Shown here in pieces: positions 1-12,853 of a stretch of DNA of 64,000 bases. This DNA is from Felis catus (lineage: Eukaryota), in assembly GCF_018350175.1 (NCBI RefSeq), contig NC_058368.1, positions 78,680,001-78,744,000 on the forward strand. Direction: 5' to 3'. The stretch's first letter is position 1, and every line of letters starts with the position of its first letter. The position numbers and the translations under genes were made by a program. The notes below the pieces were generated by a model. It did no database searches and was not told where the DNA came from. It saw only the letters and a program-made list of their open reading frames with translations.

Positions 1-83
1 ACTTGTAGATTTTGGAAACCTACATCATTAGGTATATTCAGCCTATAGACATACATTTCGCATCTCCAAAAAAATGTCTTCTC

Positions 84-310
84 GGGGCGCCTGGGTGGCG
101 CAGTCGGTTAAGCGTCCGACTTCAGCCAGGTCACGATCTCGCTCGCGGTCCGTGAGTTCGAGCCCCGCGTCGGGCTCTGGGCTGATGGCTCAGAGCCTGG
201 AGCCTGTTTCCGATTCTGTGTCTCCCTCTCTCTCTGCCCCTCCCCCGTTCATGCTCTGTCTCTTTCTGTCCCAAAAATAAATAAACGTTGAAAAAAAATT
301 AAAAAAAAAA
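84..310 (+). mobile_element. SINEC_Fc-type feline SINE, young subfamily
   Basis: GGGGCGCCTGGGTGGCGCAGTCGG head, TTCAGCCAGGTCACG diagnostic, CT tract, A tail; TSD gtcttctc at 76-83 and 311-318. Confidence 0.95.
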
Positions 311-377
311 GTCTTCTCTTTGGTGTAAACCGTGAAAGTTAATAGAAAATGAGAGAAAAAATATATATAATCTTACT

Positions 378-500
378 TGTATTAGTTTGTGTTCCCTAGA
401 AGCAGAGTCTTGGGAGAGGGCTTCAGGAGCACACGGCAATATGCAGAGGGAATGTTCATCAGGGAAATCCCATAGGGAGTGAGGGAAGCAAGGCATAGAA
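378..500 (-). mobile_element. ERVL LTR fragment (LTR16/LTR33-like)
   Basis: tgtattagtttgtgttccctagaagcagag...agggagtgagggaagcaagg resembles the recalled LTR16/33 terminus. Confidence 0.5.
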
Positions 501-850
501 CATAAATCGTATACATTTGAGGTCTTTGAGAGGAGGCATCCCCCAAATTGAAACATAAGCTGGTGGAATTGACATCGAATTCGTACCTGTAAATTCAGAT
601 AAATGCGCATTCTTACCTACAAACGATAAAATGTATTTTCGTTCTTTTCACGGGGGAAATTGGAGCACTTATTTTTATTTTTATTTCATTCTGATGATTT
701 ATTATCCTCATGGAAAAACAGGGTGACAAGTTTTTCTTTATAAGTGTGCCCACAATATGTTGGACCTTTGGCCAGAATCCAGTCTATTCTCAGCCTTTTG
801 AGGTATACTCTTGGAAGACAAAAGCATATCCACCAATATCTAGTTCATTA

Positions 851-855
<5 letters not shown>

Positions 856-891
<36 letters not shown>
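856..891. repeat. (AAT)n microsatellite
   Basis: About 11 perfect units seen directly. Confidence 0.95.
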
Positions 892-893
<2 letters not shown>

Positions 894-1241
894 TGAGTCC
901 AGCAAAATGGGCACCATTTGCTAACTTTCTTGCCTTGTTGGTGCCCTGTGGTGACAGCTATCCTGCACCAAACAGTAGGTGGGCAGTGTTCTAAGAAGGG
1001 ACCGTTCTCATGCTGGTTCCTGGAATTTGGAATCTGCCCTGACCGCAGCATGTCAGAGTCCATCCTGAGTGGTCTTGATGAGCCACGTAATCTCACCTCG
1101 ACATGTTGCCACAGAATGTGGTTAAAGAAAATGCCAACCTGTTTTCTGAATGCCTGCACTATTTTACGTTCTCAGCATCAAAGTGGAGAGGTCCTGCTTC
1201 TCCACATCCTTGCCAGTATTTGGTATTGTCACTAGTTTTAT

Positions 1242-1453
1242 TTTTTTTAAGTTTTTTTAATGCTTGTTTATTTTTTGAAAGAGAGAGAGCGCACAAGCTG
1301 GGGAGGGGCAGAGAGAAATGGAGACAGAAGATCTGAAGTGGGCTCCACACCGACAGCACAGAGCCCAACGTGGGGTTCGAACCCACGGACTGTGAGATCA
1401 TGACCTGAGCCAAGGGTGGACACTTAACTGACTGAGCCACCCACGGGGCCCCC
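1242..1453 (-). mobile_element. SINEC feline/carnivore SINE
   Basis: Full SINE; TSD cactagttttat at 1230-1241 and 1454-1465. Confidence 0.93.
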
Positions 1454-1655
1454 CACTAGTTTTATGTTTGTTTCAGCTCTTCTGATACATGCGTAGTGAT
1501 GGGTCACTGCTTCCGGTGGGCATCTCCCTAATGGCTGGTGCTGTCGGAGGTCTCTTCCTATGCTTGGCTGTCATCCATCTGTGCCCCTGAAACATCCGTC
1601 ACTCTTCTGCCATTCTCCAGTTGGACCACCTGCCTTTTTGCTGCTGAAAGTTAAG

Positions 1656-1663
1656 GCGCGCGC

Positions 1664-1707
<44 letters not shown>
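1656..1707. repeat. (GC)6-ACG-(TG)18 compound microsatellite
   Basis: Uninterrupted purine/pyrimidine alternation. Confidence 0.95.
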
Positions 1708-1708
<1 letters not shown>

Positions 1709-1724
1709 GTAGAGGTGATTCTTT

Positions 1725-1945
1725 TCTTTTTTCTTTTTTTTTAATATCTATTTACTTTTGAGAAAGAGAGAGCGAGAGCACGGGAGGGGCAGAGAGAGAG
1801 AGAGAGAGGGAGACACAGAATCCGAAGCAGCTCCAGGCTCCCAGCTGCTGGCACAGAGTCCGACGTGGGGCTTGAACTCACGAACGGTGAGATCATGACC
1901 CCAGCCAAAGTCAGACGCTTGACCGACTGAGCCACCAGGTGCCCC
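1725..1945 (-). mobile_element. SINEC SINE
   Basis: TSD agaggtgattcttt at 1711-1724 and 1946-1959. Confidence 0.93.
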
Positions 1946-1991
1946 AGAGGTGATTCTTTGTGAGACAGGTGGTTACAAGTACTTTTCCCCA

Positions 1992-2198
1992 GAGGTGCCA
2001 GGATGGCACAGTGGGTTCAACATCGACTCGTGATCTCGGCTCAGGTCCTGATGTCACAGTTAAGGAGTCTGAGCCCCGAGGACAGCGCGGAGCCTACTCG
2101 GAATTGTCTCTGCCTCTCTCTCTGCCCCTACCCTGCTTGTACTCTTTATCTCTCTCAAAGTAAATAAATAAACATAAAAACAAACAAACAAACAAAAA
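1992..2198 (+). mobile_element. Degenerate SINEC SINE with internal deletion
   Basis: Diverged head, ggctcaggtc motif, CT tract, A-rich tail; degenerate TSD ending tttcccca. Confidence 0.8.
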
Positions 2199-2730
2199 AC
2201 AACTGCCTTTCCCCACTTTGCCACCCTGAGCGTGGCTTTCACACAGCCGTGTTGTGTTCTCAGATGAAATCCAATTCATTCTTTCCTTTTCTTTTATGGG
2301 CCGTGTTTCCAGGTCAAGTCTAAGGCAGGGCTCAGCGGTTCCATCCTGCAGTCTTCAGGATGCACTGCAGTTTTGTTTTACATTCAGATTCGTGATCCGT
2401 TTCGGGTTCATTTCTGTGTGAGGTGTGAGGTTTGGGTCGAGGTTCATTTCTCCCTAAGGGTGTCCAGGGGCCCCACCTTCGCTTTGGGAAGACTCTCCTC
2501 TCTGGCTTGCACCTGCACCTTGTCATGGACAGCAGGCCGCCTGTGTGCGGAAGTCTCTGCAGGTTGTCCTTTTCAGGTGCCATTGATCTAGGTGTCCCTC
2601 CTGCCAGTACCAATAGCAGAAAATCCGACGGGTACATGTGGCAAAACAGACTTCTTTCCTCCAAAAATCAGAGAAGGGATTGTTTTCAAAGTTGACTTTT
2701 GGTACTTCTAATCTCTTTCATTACCTATTA

Positions 2731-2993
2731 TTTTTTATTTGTTTAATTTTTATTTTTTTGAAGTGTATTTATTTTGGGGGAGAATGCATGTGCGCATGAG
2801 CAGGGAAGGGGCAGAGAGACAGAGAGAGAGAGAGAGGCAGAGAGAGAATCCCAAGCAGGCTCCACACTGTCAGCACAAAGCCCGATGCAGGGCTCGAACC
2901 CACGAACCATGAGATCATGACCTGAGCCGAGATCATGACCTGAGTCGAGATCAAGAGTCAGGCATTTAACCAACTGAGCCACCCAGGTGCCCC
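2731..2993 (-). mobile_element. SINEC SINE with 18-bp internal tandem duplication
   Basis: gagatcatgacctgagcc repeated at 2911-2928 and 2929-2946. Confidence 0.92.
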
Positions 2994-3359
2994 TGTGTGT
3001 GTCTATTTTTATCTGCAACATGTATCGAAAGGTTTCTAGAGTACTGACAGCGGTTGTGGGAGAGATATATCTTCAGTTTAGCAAAGTACTTCCAATTTTC
3101 TCTTTCATAGTAATGGGACAACACTGTCAATCAAATGAGTGTGAAATGATAGGTTTAAATTTTTTTTTAGACCTTAGTAAGGGTGCACGTCAATTCTAGG
3201 GTTGAAAATGTAACTTTCTTCTTGTGTGTGTGTATTGACTTGTGTTGATATCAATTCTAACGGCTGAGTCATAGAATGTGTTTGGTTTCTTACGAGGATA
3301 ACGGTGTTTACAACAATAACTGATTTTTCTTCCTTTTACCCGCGTTAGGACAATTAATT

Positions 3360-4020
3360 TAATTCATGTAATGATTATAAATCTATCCAAGTTTTTGCTT
3401 CTTGAGTCGTTTTTGATAAGATATATTTTTCTGGATATTTTCTGTTTCTCATCTCTTCATCTTTGCTCGGTCCTTATTTCGTTTCTGTCCATTTGTACTG
3501 TGATTTTATTATTTTCTTCTTTCTTGTTGGGCTTCCTTTATTGTTCTTTTCTATGAATCACATGTGTTGGTCACTGATGCTAAGAATACAGTCTTTTCTA
3601 ATATATACATTTAAAGCCGTAGATTTATTTCTGTGAACGGTTTTAGTTTCATCCGTGAAATTATGATCAATGATTGGTTCTAAAAAAGTATTATTTCCAT
3701 TATGCTTTCTTCCTTATATATGCTTTATTTTGAATCGACTTTGTAAGTTTCTGAACAAGTTGGCAGGTGTGGTTCCACATCTGTAGTTGAAATCCAGTTC
3801 TCCAGTGTGTTAAGAAGGTGTCCGTATAATTTCAGTTCTAAAGCATTTTTTGAAATTTGCTTTGCTTTGTGCCCTAAGACAGAGTTAACTTCATAAACCA
3901 TCCACGAATGTCTGCTCCCCTGAAAGTGGGTCCAAGTTTCTGGAAATGTCCTTGCTTTTACCATTTTTTCTTATCTAGCACTTATGGATAACTTTGCAAA
4001 AACTCTCCCGCAGTGAGTGT
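3360..4020 (-). mobile_element. Ancient L1 fragment
   Basis: T-rich sequence with tttctaatatatacatttaaagc-type antisense L1 ORF2 motifs; highly diverged. Confidence 0.45.
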
Positions 4021-4067
4021 GCTGTGGCTACATGAAGATTTTGTTTAAATATTAAAAAAAAAAAAAC

Positions 4068-4261
4068 TAATGTGTATTTATTTTTGAGAGAGAGAGAGTG
4101 TGAGCGAGAGTGAGCAGGGGAGAGGTAGAGAGGAAGACAGGATCTGAATCAGGCTCTGTGCTGAGTGGAGAGACTGCCGCGAGGCTCAAACTCACAAACC
4201 ATGAGATCATGACCTGAGCCGAAGTCGGATGCTTCAACCGACTGAGCCTCCCAGGCGCCCC
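4068..4261 (-). mobile_element. SINEC SINE
   Basis: gagatcatgacctgagccgaagtcgg...ccaggcgcccc. Confidence 0.9.
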
Positions 4262-4585
4262 ACCACATGACGGTTCTGAGTCTAATGGAGAGGAAGGCAT
4301 TTCTGGCAGTTGTATCCCCAGAATAATTTCCTCATTTTCCTAGTTGCCTTTTCCTTAACTTTATTCTGTATATTTCTGGCTTGCTACAACACAGCATCGT
4401 GAGATCATGGCACGGTGTCTCCAAGACCAAAGCTGCTAGTTTTTACTAGATGTTCCGTAATGATTTCTGAACATAGATCTTTGCTGTTTCCTTCATGTAT
4501 TTAATTTGCCGGCTCTCAAGTTTTATTTTATGGAGATGCATATTTGCTGAGCAGGGATTTCTGCCTATGGTAAATGTCTGTAAAT

Positions 4586-4624
4586 ATTTTTTAGAAGTTT
4601 ATTTATTTTGAGAGAGGGAGGGAG

Positions 4625-4663
<39 letters not shown>

Positions 4664-4822
4664 ATGAGAAGAGAGAGAGAATGAGAGAGAGAATATCCCA
4701 AGCAGGCTCCGCACTGTTGGCTTGGAGCCTGATGTGGGGCTTGAACTCGTGAACCACAAGATCAGGACCTGAGCCAAAACCAAAAGTCAGATGCTGAACC
4801 AACTGAACGACCCAGGCACACC
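4586..4822 (-). mobile_element. SINEC SINE
   Basis: GA tract plus reverse-complemented tRNA-derived head. Confidence 0.9.
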
Positions 4823-5828
4823 AAACGTCTCTGAATTTTTATCTAGAATTTCAGATTAGCCATGTATATAACCCCCATGCCAAAAGAAGAGTAGGTCAAG
4901 TCATAAGCGTTTGCTACCTACTATATGTCAGTGCTGGGTCAGGTTGTAGTAATGCGTATGATATTTCTGCCAGTGATTTAATTAACAACAAAAATATTTA
5001 ATATCTGCTCTTCCAACTGCTGATAAAACAGTCCAAGTTCGTGCTTTTTGGTGGGGGGCTTATAGATAAATAAAATATATGGTGTATTTTACAAACAGCA
5101 TTGGTATGAGTATAATATACAGTCTAAGTGTGATGATTGATGCTGTAGAAATATATTTCAGGGCGATAAAAACTTAAAGAGAAAAAGCAAGAAATAGGAA
5201 TTGGAAATATTGTTAGGGAACAGGTGCAAATAGAAATAAAGGGGCCTGTGAAAGCATCACGAGGTTGGAGATTTTGAGCTAAGACCAGGAGAAGGGAAGG
5301 ATGCTAACCATTTAGCCTCCCTCCATCAGATGAATGTCCCAGGAACTGGGAACAGCAGGTGCAAAGACCTTGTGCTGGGAACATTCTTGGCACATGGTAG
5401 AACCAGAAAGAGCAAAAAAGGGAGAAAGAACTCTCCATATAACACATTCCCTTTTCTTCAGTTCTCTTAACATATTCCATGTATACACACAGATCCTCAT
5501 GATATATTCCTCATAAAAATAATTACCGTTCATTGAGTATTTACTTTGTGCCGGACATTTTTTTTTTTGCAAACTATCTCCCATTTTTTAAGTATCCCAG
5601 CAAACTTCAAACACCAGCTCTTTTTTATTTATTTCAAGCATCTTAGAAATGTTGAAAATTTCACCCCAGGTCATAAGTAGAAAATGTGATACCTACAATT
5701 GGAACTCAGTTTTAGTTTTTCTAGTTTTTCTGTTATTTAACATTACCTTCTACAAGTGAATAATTTTGATGATTAGGAATTTAAAGCATATGGTCTCTTG
5801 TCTGCTTCCTATGATGACTCAGACTCAA

Positions 5829-5881
<53 letters not shown>

Positions 5882-5923
5882 ATATATATTTAATGGCTAA
5901 CACACACATACACACACACACAC
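5829..5923. repeat. (TA)n and (CA)n microsatellites
   Basis: Seen directly. Confidence 0.9.
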
Positions 5924-8900
5924 AGTTATGCTTAATGTTATAGTTATTTTCTCTTGAGATGTGGGTAATTCTTGATGCTGCTTCTCTTACACCTTGGGGG
6001 TCTTTCTGGAATATCTTTTCCTGAGTATTTGTGATTCCGATGCAAGAATGAAGCCATGAGTCTCCATGGTGGGCTTGATGCAGTGGTTGTGTGGAAGCTG
6101 GCCCCCACACTGAGGTGGAGAGAGTATATATTCTCATCTCTCTGTTTAGTAATGCGACAGTGGTAGCTTGGAATTGACTGTGAACTGTGCACCGTGGTAA
6201 TAGGCAGACATGACAAGTCAACGATTTCATTCCCACTCCACCCCTACTGACTGTTACAAATTTGCTAGAACCCCACTTGGTAGGTAGCAATGGTCCAGTC
6301 CTGTCATTCAAAATTCTGCAGAGCTTTGGATGTTCCCTTGATCACCATTTAACACGGTCGGAGAAAACCAAACAAACTTCTGAACCACGGCACCCTCTAG
6401 CTAGGGTGATGTTAATTTCTGGAAGAGTTAAAACCCAAAATAGCAACGCCTAACTACAATTGAAGTGAAATTCTTTGTCAGATGAAAAGTTAGGACAGGG
6501 GCTGGTTCGTGGCAGGTGCTCCAGGGAGCCATGGGGGGGGACCGAGGCTCCTTACCTGGGACCATCTTCGCTATGTGGTGTCCACACTGCCATATCCATA
6601 GGCTGTAGGAGGTTTAGAACATGTTAAAGTGCATGTGGGCTTTTTTTTTTTTCCGTTTTATGAGCCAGCCCTGGGAAGGTCAAAACTGACGTCAACTTAC
6701 GTGTTTAAGGAGAAAAGAGAACGGGTTTCCCTAGTCAGTCTCTGCCGCAGCAATGAAAATATGCTCTGTTTTACTACAGCACGTGCCCTGTATCCTAAGG
6801 AACTCACGTATGATTGTGAGAAGGTGGTTTGTGTGAAGTGGAAATGGTGTTAGTGCACGCGTAGCCTTTGGTGGGTGAAGAACGCCAAAATAGTGGGAAA
6901 GAATTAAAGTCTTTTCCGGGGAAGAGCCCTCACTCAGTCCAGCCGCCGGGCAGGCAGAACCAGGTCAACTCTGCTACAGGACAATTGAGACCCAGTGCCT
7001 GCCCGGGACCCCCCGCCCGGGGAGGCCAGCCAGCCTTGTCCAGCTCAGACACAGTAGTTCCTCTTCAGCCGCACCCCCCTGCCTGCCTGGCCTGCCCAGA
7101 CTGTCACCTGAGGTGCTAATGACTGCTATTCTTAGTGCCCTGGTGACCAAGTTCCACAGGTTCTGGGTAGCCTGCCTCAAAACTCCATTTACCATTACTA
7201 TGTCATTTTTAGTGTGGTGTCTTACAGACTGACTACAGCACATATACATGATGCAGCTGGTCCATCCAGAATTAGACAAAAAGAAAGTCACAATGCCCGC
7301 TGTGCTTGTAGAACGTAAAATAAATCTCAAAGTTCAGACCATTTAAAGTCAAAGCATGGGGAATTATTTGACAAGAAAATATGTGAAAAATTAACATTTT
7401 ATACATGGATGGACGTGGAAGTTCACAGCCTCGGCCTCCGATTTTCCGAATCGTAAGAGAATTAATTTATGAACATCCCTCAGCGCTCCTTTCTGACAGA
7501 CCGAGAGGGCTGCTCAATAAATCATGAGCTGACACTACAGACTCCTTCAGAGTTAATTGAAAATTTCACAGGAAGGTTTTTCTCATGAGCGGAACACTAG
7601 AGGACTGTTGTGTTGATTGGGTTATCCTGCACCTTCGACTGCCTGCTGATCAGCACGTAACACTCTGTGAGGTCACTGGTCTGACCCTCTGGGTTTTCCC
7701 GTGGTTCTGCTGATTCCCTGGGCACCTGCTGACAAATCAGGAAGGTCACGGGAGTCACAGTGTCCCGGGAACCCACGTACAGTTTTCCCTACAGGTTGCA
7801 AAGCAGAGAATCTTTCCTGCCGTTGTTAATGAGCTGTCCCAGAGGATCTGTTTGTGACGGTGATCCTGGCTTTTATCACACAGCCTTCAGAGTGATTTGT
7901 CATTATTTCAGAACTGCTGCTGTCTCTCTGTGGTTAGGTCACTGGAAAGGGAATGCTTTATGTATAGTGTTTTTTCCAACACCACACTTACAAATACTCA
8001 CAACGATGGAGATGTTTATGAGATTAGTACGATTCTAAAATGTTGTCAGATGCTAAAAAACGACCAAAACAAAATTTCCCAACTCTGCCTCTCCCCTGTC
8101 CCCCTTATGGATGTTAAGTATCTGGCTGTCGGGAATCCCCGGCTCTTATTCTGTCCTTTTCTTGAGCCTTTATGGAACATTTGTGGCTGTCACGGAGTCC
8201 TCTTTTTGGTCTTGGACAAATCACAGCCTCGCTCAACTTCGTTTTCCTTACTTGCAGAAGAGAGATGGTCTTGCCTGGCGGTTGTGAGAATGACACTTTG
8301 CAAAGCCTCAAGCGAGACAGAAATGGAATTTGCACTGTCACAACTTGGTGCCCTTTCAGAGGAATTGGGCACATCTCCAAAGATGAAGAAACAGACCCCT
8401 TTCTGAGTGATCTTTCCAGATATAGTGTATGATCAACCACACTTTGGGGCACGCGTCGCTACTTTTACTTGCTTGAGACTTAAGATCATAGATATCTGAA
8501 TGGAAGAACATGCAACGCTTATCTGAGCCTGTGCATTACATTCTAGAATTTTCAGTGTTAATTTTCTGCCAAGAGTAACATTTATTCTAGTGGTAAACAT
8601 GCGGGTCTGCATGATTCCGTTGCAGGTGTTTTGAGTGGCATTAATAAGGAATATCCTAGCGAAAGAAAGGGAAGATTTTCAGCTTCAAGATGGAGAGCTC
8701 ACTTTGTCAATCACTATGTTAATAAGACAGAGACCACAACGGCAACAGTTCTATCCATGATTTTGAATTGCCAAGAGAAAAATCTGTTTCATTGCTGAAC
8801 CATTATTAGGTCTCTTAGAAAGGGATATTACCAATCACTAAGAAAAGTGTTTAGCAATATGTTGGTGGAAAATATCCAGGGTGTCACATGAACAGTTGCT

Positions 8901-9265
8901 AGGCTACATAGGTTCTATTCCATTAGATACACAGAGTCATCGGGATATACAAAACCAGGGTTATTAGGCTGTGCTCAAAGACTGGGAATGGCTCTCTGCC
9001 AGAATTTCACACACAGTTTAGTTGGCATTATTCAACGAAGGGGCTTTAATGCATCGGTAAAACTTTTCGGCCTTTACAAAAACAGTAAGGATGGTTTGCC
9101 AGTAATTGCGTTGTGCAAAGCCACACATCTGTCTCTAATTTTCTTATTTGTTTTATCACCATGCAATGTTGAGTGTGACACCAGTTCCCTTCGCTTCTCC
9201 CCTGGTCTGTAAGCTGGCCTGCGTGCTTGCGTGCCAAGCACAAAGGGGAGTGAGTGAGTTTCTGA

Positions 9266-9679
<414 letters not shown>

Positions 9680-9749
9680 TAACATTTCTTCTAAATATTT
9701 GGGGCTTTTTACTGAAGGTCTGAAATCGTCCAGGGAAAATCCTCTTTCT

Positions 9750-9972
9750 TTCTTTTTTTTTTTTTAATTTTTTTTAACATTTATTTATTTTTGAGACAGA
9801 GACAGAGCATGAATGGGGGAGGGGCAAAGAGAAAGGGAGACAGAATCGGAAGCAGGCTCCAGGCTCTGAGCCATCGGCCCAGAGCCCGACGCGGGGCTCG
9901 AACTCACGGACCGTGAGATCGTGACCTGAGCTGAAGTCAGAGGCTTAACCGACTGAGCCACCCAGGCACCCC
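9750..9972 (-). mobile_element. SINEC_Fc SINE 123 nt downstream of the exon donor
   Basis: TSD aaaatcctctttct at 9736-9749 and 9974-9987. Confidence 0.95.
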
Positions 9973-11304
9973 AAAAATCCTCTTTCTAATGAACACAGTT
10001 AAGAACTCCAAGTCTCTTAGTAAAATGAACAAAATGCAAACTTTTGGTGAAATTATTGTATATATATTTTTTTAAAGAACTGCCTACCTGGAAAGCATGT
10101 GATTTCCCCAATTTTTAATGAACCTTTTTCTCCCCCCCCCCCAATGAAATTGTTTCCTTTGAGGATGAGATTGTGCTGCAAAATTCGTTATTGTCTCCTT
10201 CATGGGTAGGTATACCAGAGGAATAGGAGGTAGCTCCTTTTTTGTTATTCGTATTTCACTTATAGCTCTTCATGTAACAGCCATCTTCTCTGTGGAGCTG
10301 GAAGCACCTCGAGGGGCATTGGCGCTCTCAGCCAGGTTCACTGGGCCCTTCTGCTGGTGCTGGTACCTTCTGGTGCTGTTGAGTGAAAAATTGAAGCAGT
10401 TTGTTCAAGTTCACCAAGCAGTGGTTGTTGGAACAGGTCTAAATTAGAATGCAGGTAGACATAAGCCCTATATTGATTTAAAAGGAATGCAACCACAAAG
10501 TTTCTTGGCAAAGTTATAAAGTCTCTTGTGTAAAGTATCAACAGGGCAAATAATGCCTCAGTTTGGGTTAAAAAACTTAAGAATGGTAAAATAATAAACC
10601 CAGAGAACAAGAGGAACTATTTAATATATGTATAATATGTAACACTTATAATAAGATGTAATATTAGGGGAAGACATTGAAGACATAAAATCTGAATTAA
10701 TGCTGAGGTAGGCATGTCACTTGGGTGGTCAAGAACAGGAAGAGATATGAATCCTGTCTTTAGAAAACCTCTAATCTCAGTAGAGGGGGGAAAAGTCCTC
10801 ATAATAAAGTAGAAAACGATCAGTAGAAATGAAGTCTGGTAGAATGGGAGTGGTTGGTGGTAGAAGGTGTTTTTTCGAGGGCTCTGAAGGAAGGAAAGCC
10901 AAAACCACACTTGGGCAGTGTGGCCAACAGCTGCCAGCGTGAGTTCTAGGCATGGAGATTTGTCAGAAAGGGGCAGGGGTGAAGAGGGCGGCTGCTAAAC
11001 TGGTTTCCAGGAGATAGGATTATTGTGGATACTTCACACCCTGAAGCAGAACACAATGGGAGCCATTGTATGTTCCAAAGAAGAAAACTCACATGCTGCA
11101 AGTAGTGTTTAGCAAATATTAATCAGGGGTGTTTACCTGTAGGATGGATTGAAGGGTAAGGGTAAGAAGTATGGGTAAAGACACCGACTGAGAATCCAGG
11201 GATGGCAAGTCAGTGTTAGAGTGAGCTGGGTTCGGATAGTAGCAGTGAGGATAGGAACCAAAGAACTAACTCAGGAGCTGTATTTCATAGGAAAAAGTAT
11301 ATTA

Positions 11305-12540
11305 ATTTATCAAATATTTATTGAGTCTTTATTATGCAGCAGGCAACTGCAAAGGAAGCAAAATCTGGCTCTGGGATGCCCAACTGTCTAGTGTGTGTGA
11401 CCGTAAATAATGAGGTAGAGTTAGGTATACAATATGGTGGACAACGAGGAATATGGAGGGAGGAAGACCAGAAGGAGGTGGGGAGTTGGGCATATGGATA
11501 TCTGAGGAGGAGCATTTCGTGTGAGTGCAGAGCCATGAGGGGGAGCATCCCAGCCTGGGGCGGGGGCGGGGGGCGGTGGGAACCAGTGTGGTGGGAACAG
11601 AAAAATAAATGAAGACGATGGAAAGCAAGAAGCCAGCAGGTAGGGACTGCAAGGGTCAGGGAAAGCATTTTGGCTTTTGTGCTCAGTGAGTTCTGAAGCC
11701 AGTGGGGGGTCTTGAGCAGAAGAGAGACCTGGTAGCACATAGGAATTAACAGAATCAACCTGGCTGCTGCACTCGGACTTTAATGAGGAATCATGAGGGA
11801 GAAGCAGAGAAATCGGTTTAGAGCCTTTGTCAGTGAGCTGGGCACGAATGGGTGGCTTGGACCAAAGTGGAGCGAGGGTGTGCTGAGAAATGGCCCATTG
11901 GGGATGTACTTTCAGGGTAGAGCGGACAGGAAATGCTGATGCGGAGTGTATCAGTTCACACTGCTGCCATAACGAATGACCACTGCTTCAGTACGTGATT
12001 GAAGAGGGTGTGAGTGCCTCATCTTATAGTTCCAAGGGTCAGAAGTCCAGGATGGGTCCCGCTGGGCTGAAATCCAGGTGTCATCAGGCCGCAGTGCTTT
12101 CTGTGGAGGTTCCAAGGGAGGATCGCTTTCCTTGACTTTCCCAGTGTCCAGGGGCCATCGTGTTCCACCAGTCATAGCCCCTCCTCCACCTTCAGAGTCG
12201 GGAAGGGGCGCTGAAGTGTCCCTCTCCTGCTTGGAATTTCTCCTGTTTCTTTTTCTGTCCTTGTGTCTCTCTGACTGAATCTTTTGCCGCCTTCTTCCAC
12301 TTCCAAGGTGCATGTGTTTTCAGGGCCATGGGCTCACTTGGATCATCTAGAATAATCTCCCTGTTTTAAGCTCAGCTCATTAGCCGCCTTAATTCCTTTC
12401 CCCAGATACTATACCATATTCACAGGCATAGCACCGAAGGCAAAATTATGGAACACAAGTCCTACCTGCCACAGGGAGTAACAGACTCCAGGATAACAGC
12501 AAGTTTGTCCTGGCCCAAACAACTAGGAGAATGATGTGTT
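11305..12540 (-). mobile_element. L2 fragment interrupted by an MLT1 LTR
   Basis: caaatatttattgag...caggcaactg L2 3' end; ggcttggaccaaagtgg and cagggtagagcggacagg L2 body motifs. Confidence 0.65.
11947..12473 (-). mobile_element. MaLR solo LTR (MLT1D/E-like)
   Basis: tgtatcagt...cctgccaca termini; ggtcagaagtcc and gctgaaatccaggtgtc motifs; near-TSD cggag/gggag. Confidence 0.8.
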
Positions 12541-12599
12541 CTTAGAAGAGTTAGGGGTGCGTCTAGGAAGTCAGAACGGGAGGGGGTATCATCAGTGAG

Positions 12600-12853
12600 A
12601 GCGGTATTCCTGGCCACCTCCTGGTAGATGGCCACCTACTCGTTGTATCCTCAGGTGGTGGAGACAGGTAGCTCTGGTCTTTTCCTCTTCTTGTAAAGGC
12701 ACTAATCCCATCATGGAGGCTACACCTCATGGTTTCATCTAGCCCTAATTTTCCTCCCAAAGGCCCCAACTCCTGATATCATCACAGTGAGTTTTAGGGC
12801 TTTCATATATGACTTTGCGGGGTGGGGGGGGCACAAAAACTCAGTCTATCGCA
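12600..12853 (-). mobile_element. MaLR LTR fragment (MLT1A-like)
   Basis: aaggcactaatcccatcatg...cctcccaaaggcccc...ctcagtctatcgca. Confidence 0.7.

Larger units (their letters stand above)
1120..2615 (-). mobile_element. Old L1 (L1M-type) ORF2 3' region, fragmented by three SINEs
   Basis: tctccacatccttgccagtatttggtattgtc, catctccctaatggctggtg and ttccattgatcta...ctgccagtacca-like motifs typical of antisense L1. Confidence 0.65.

Noticed and set aside
74..280. Recurrent MAQSVKR.../SSSPASGSVLTAQSLEP ORFs as a protein family, or SINE heads as tRNA genes
   Set aside because: All are translations of SINEC copies; the heads are tRNA-derived but run into CT tracts and A tails with TSDs.
710..1159. 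Poly-Asn and poly-Ile ORFs
   Set aside because: Artefacts of the (AAT)n microsatellite.
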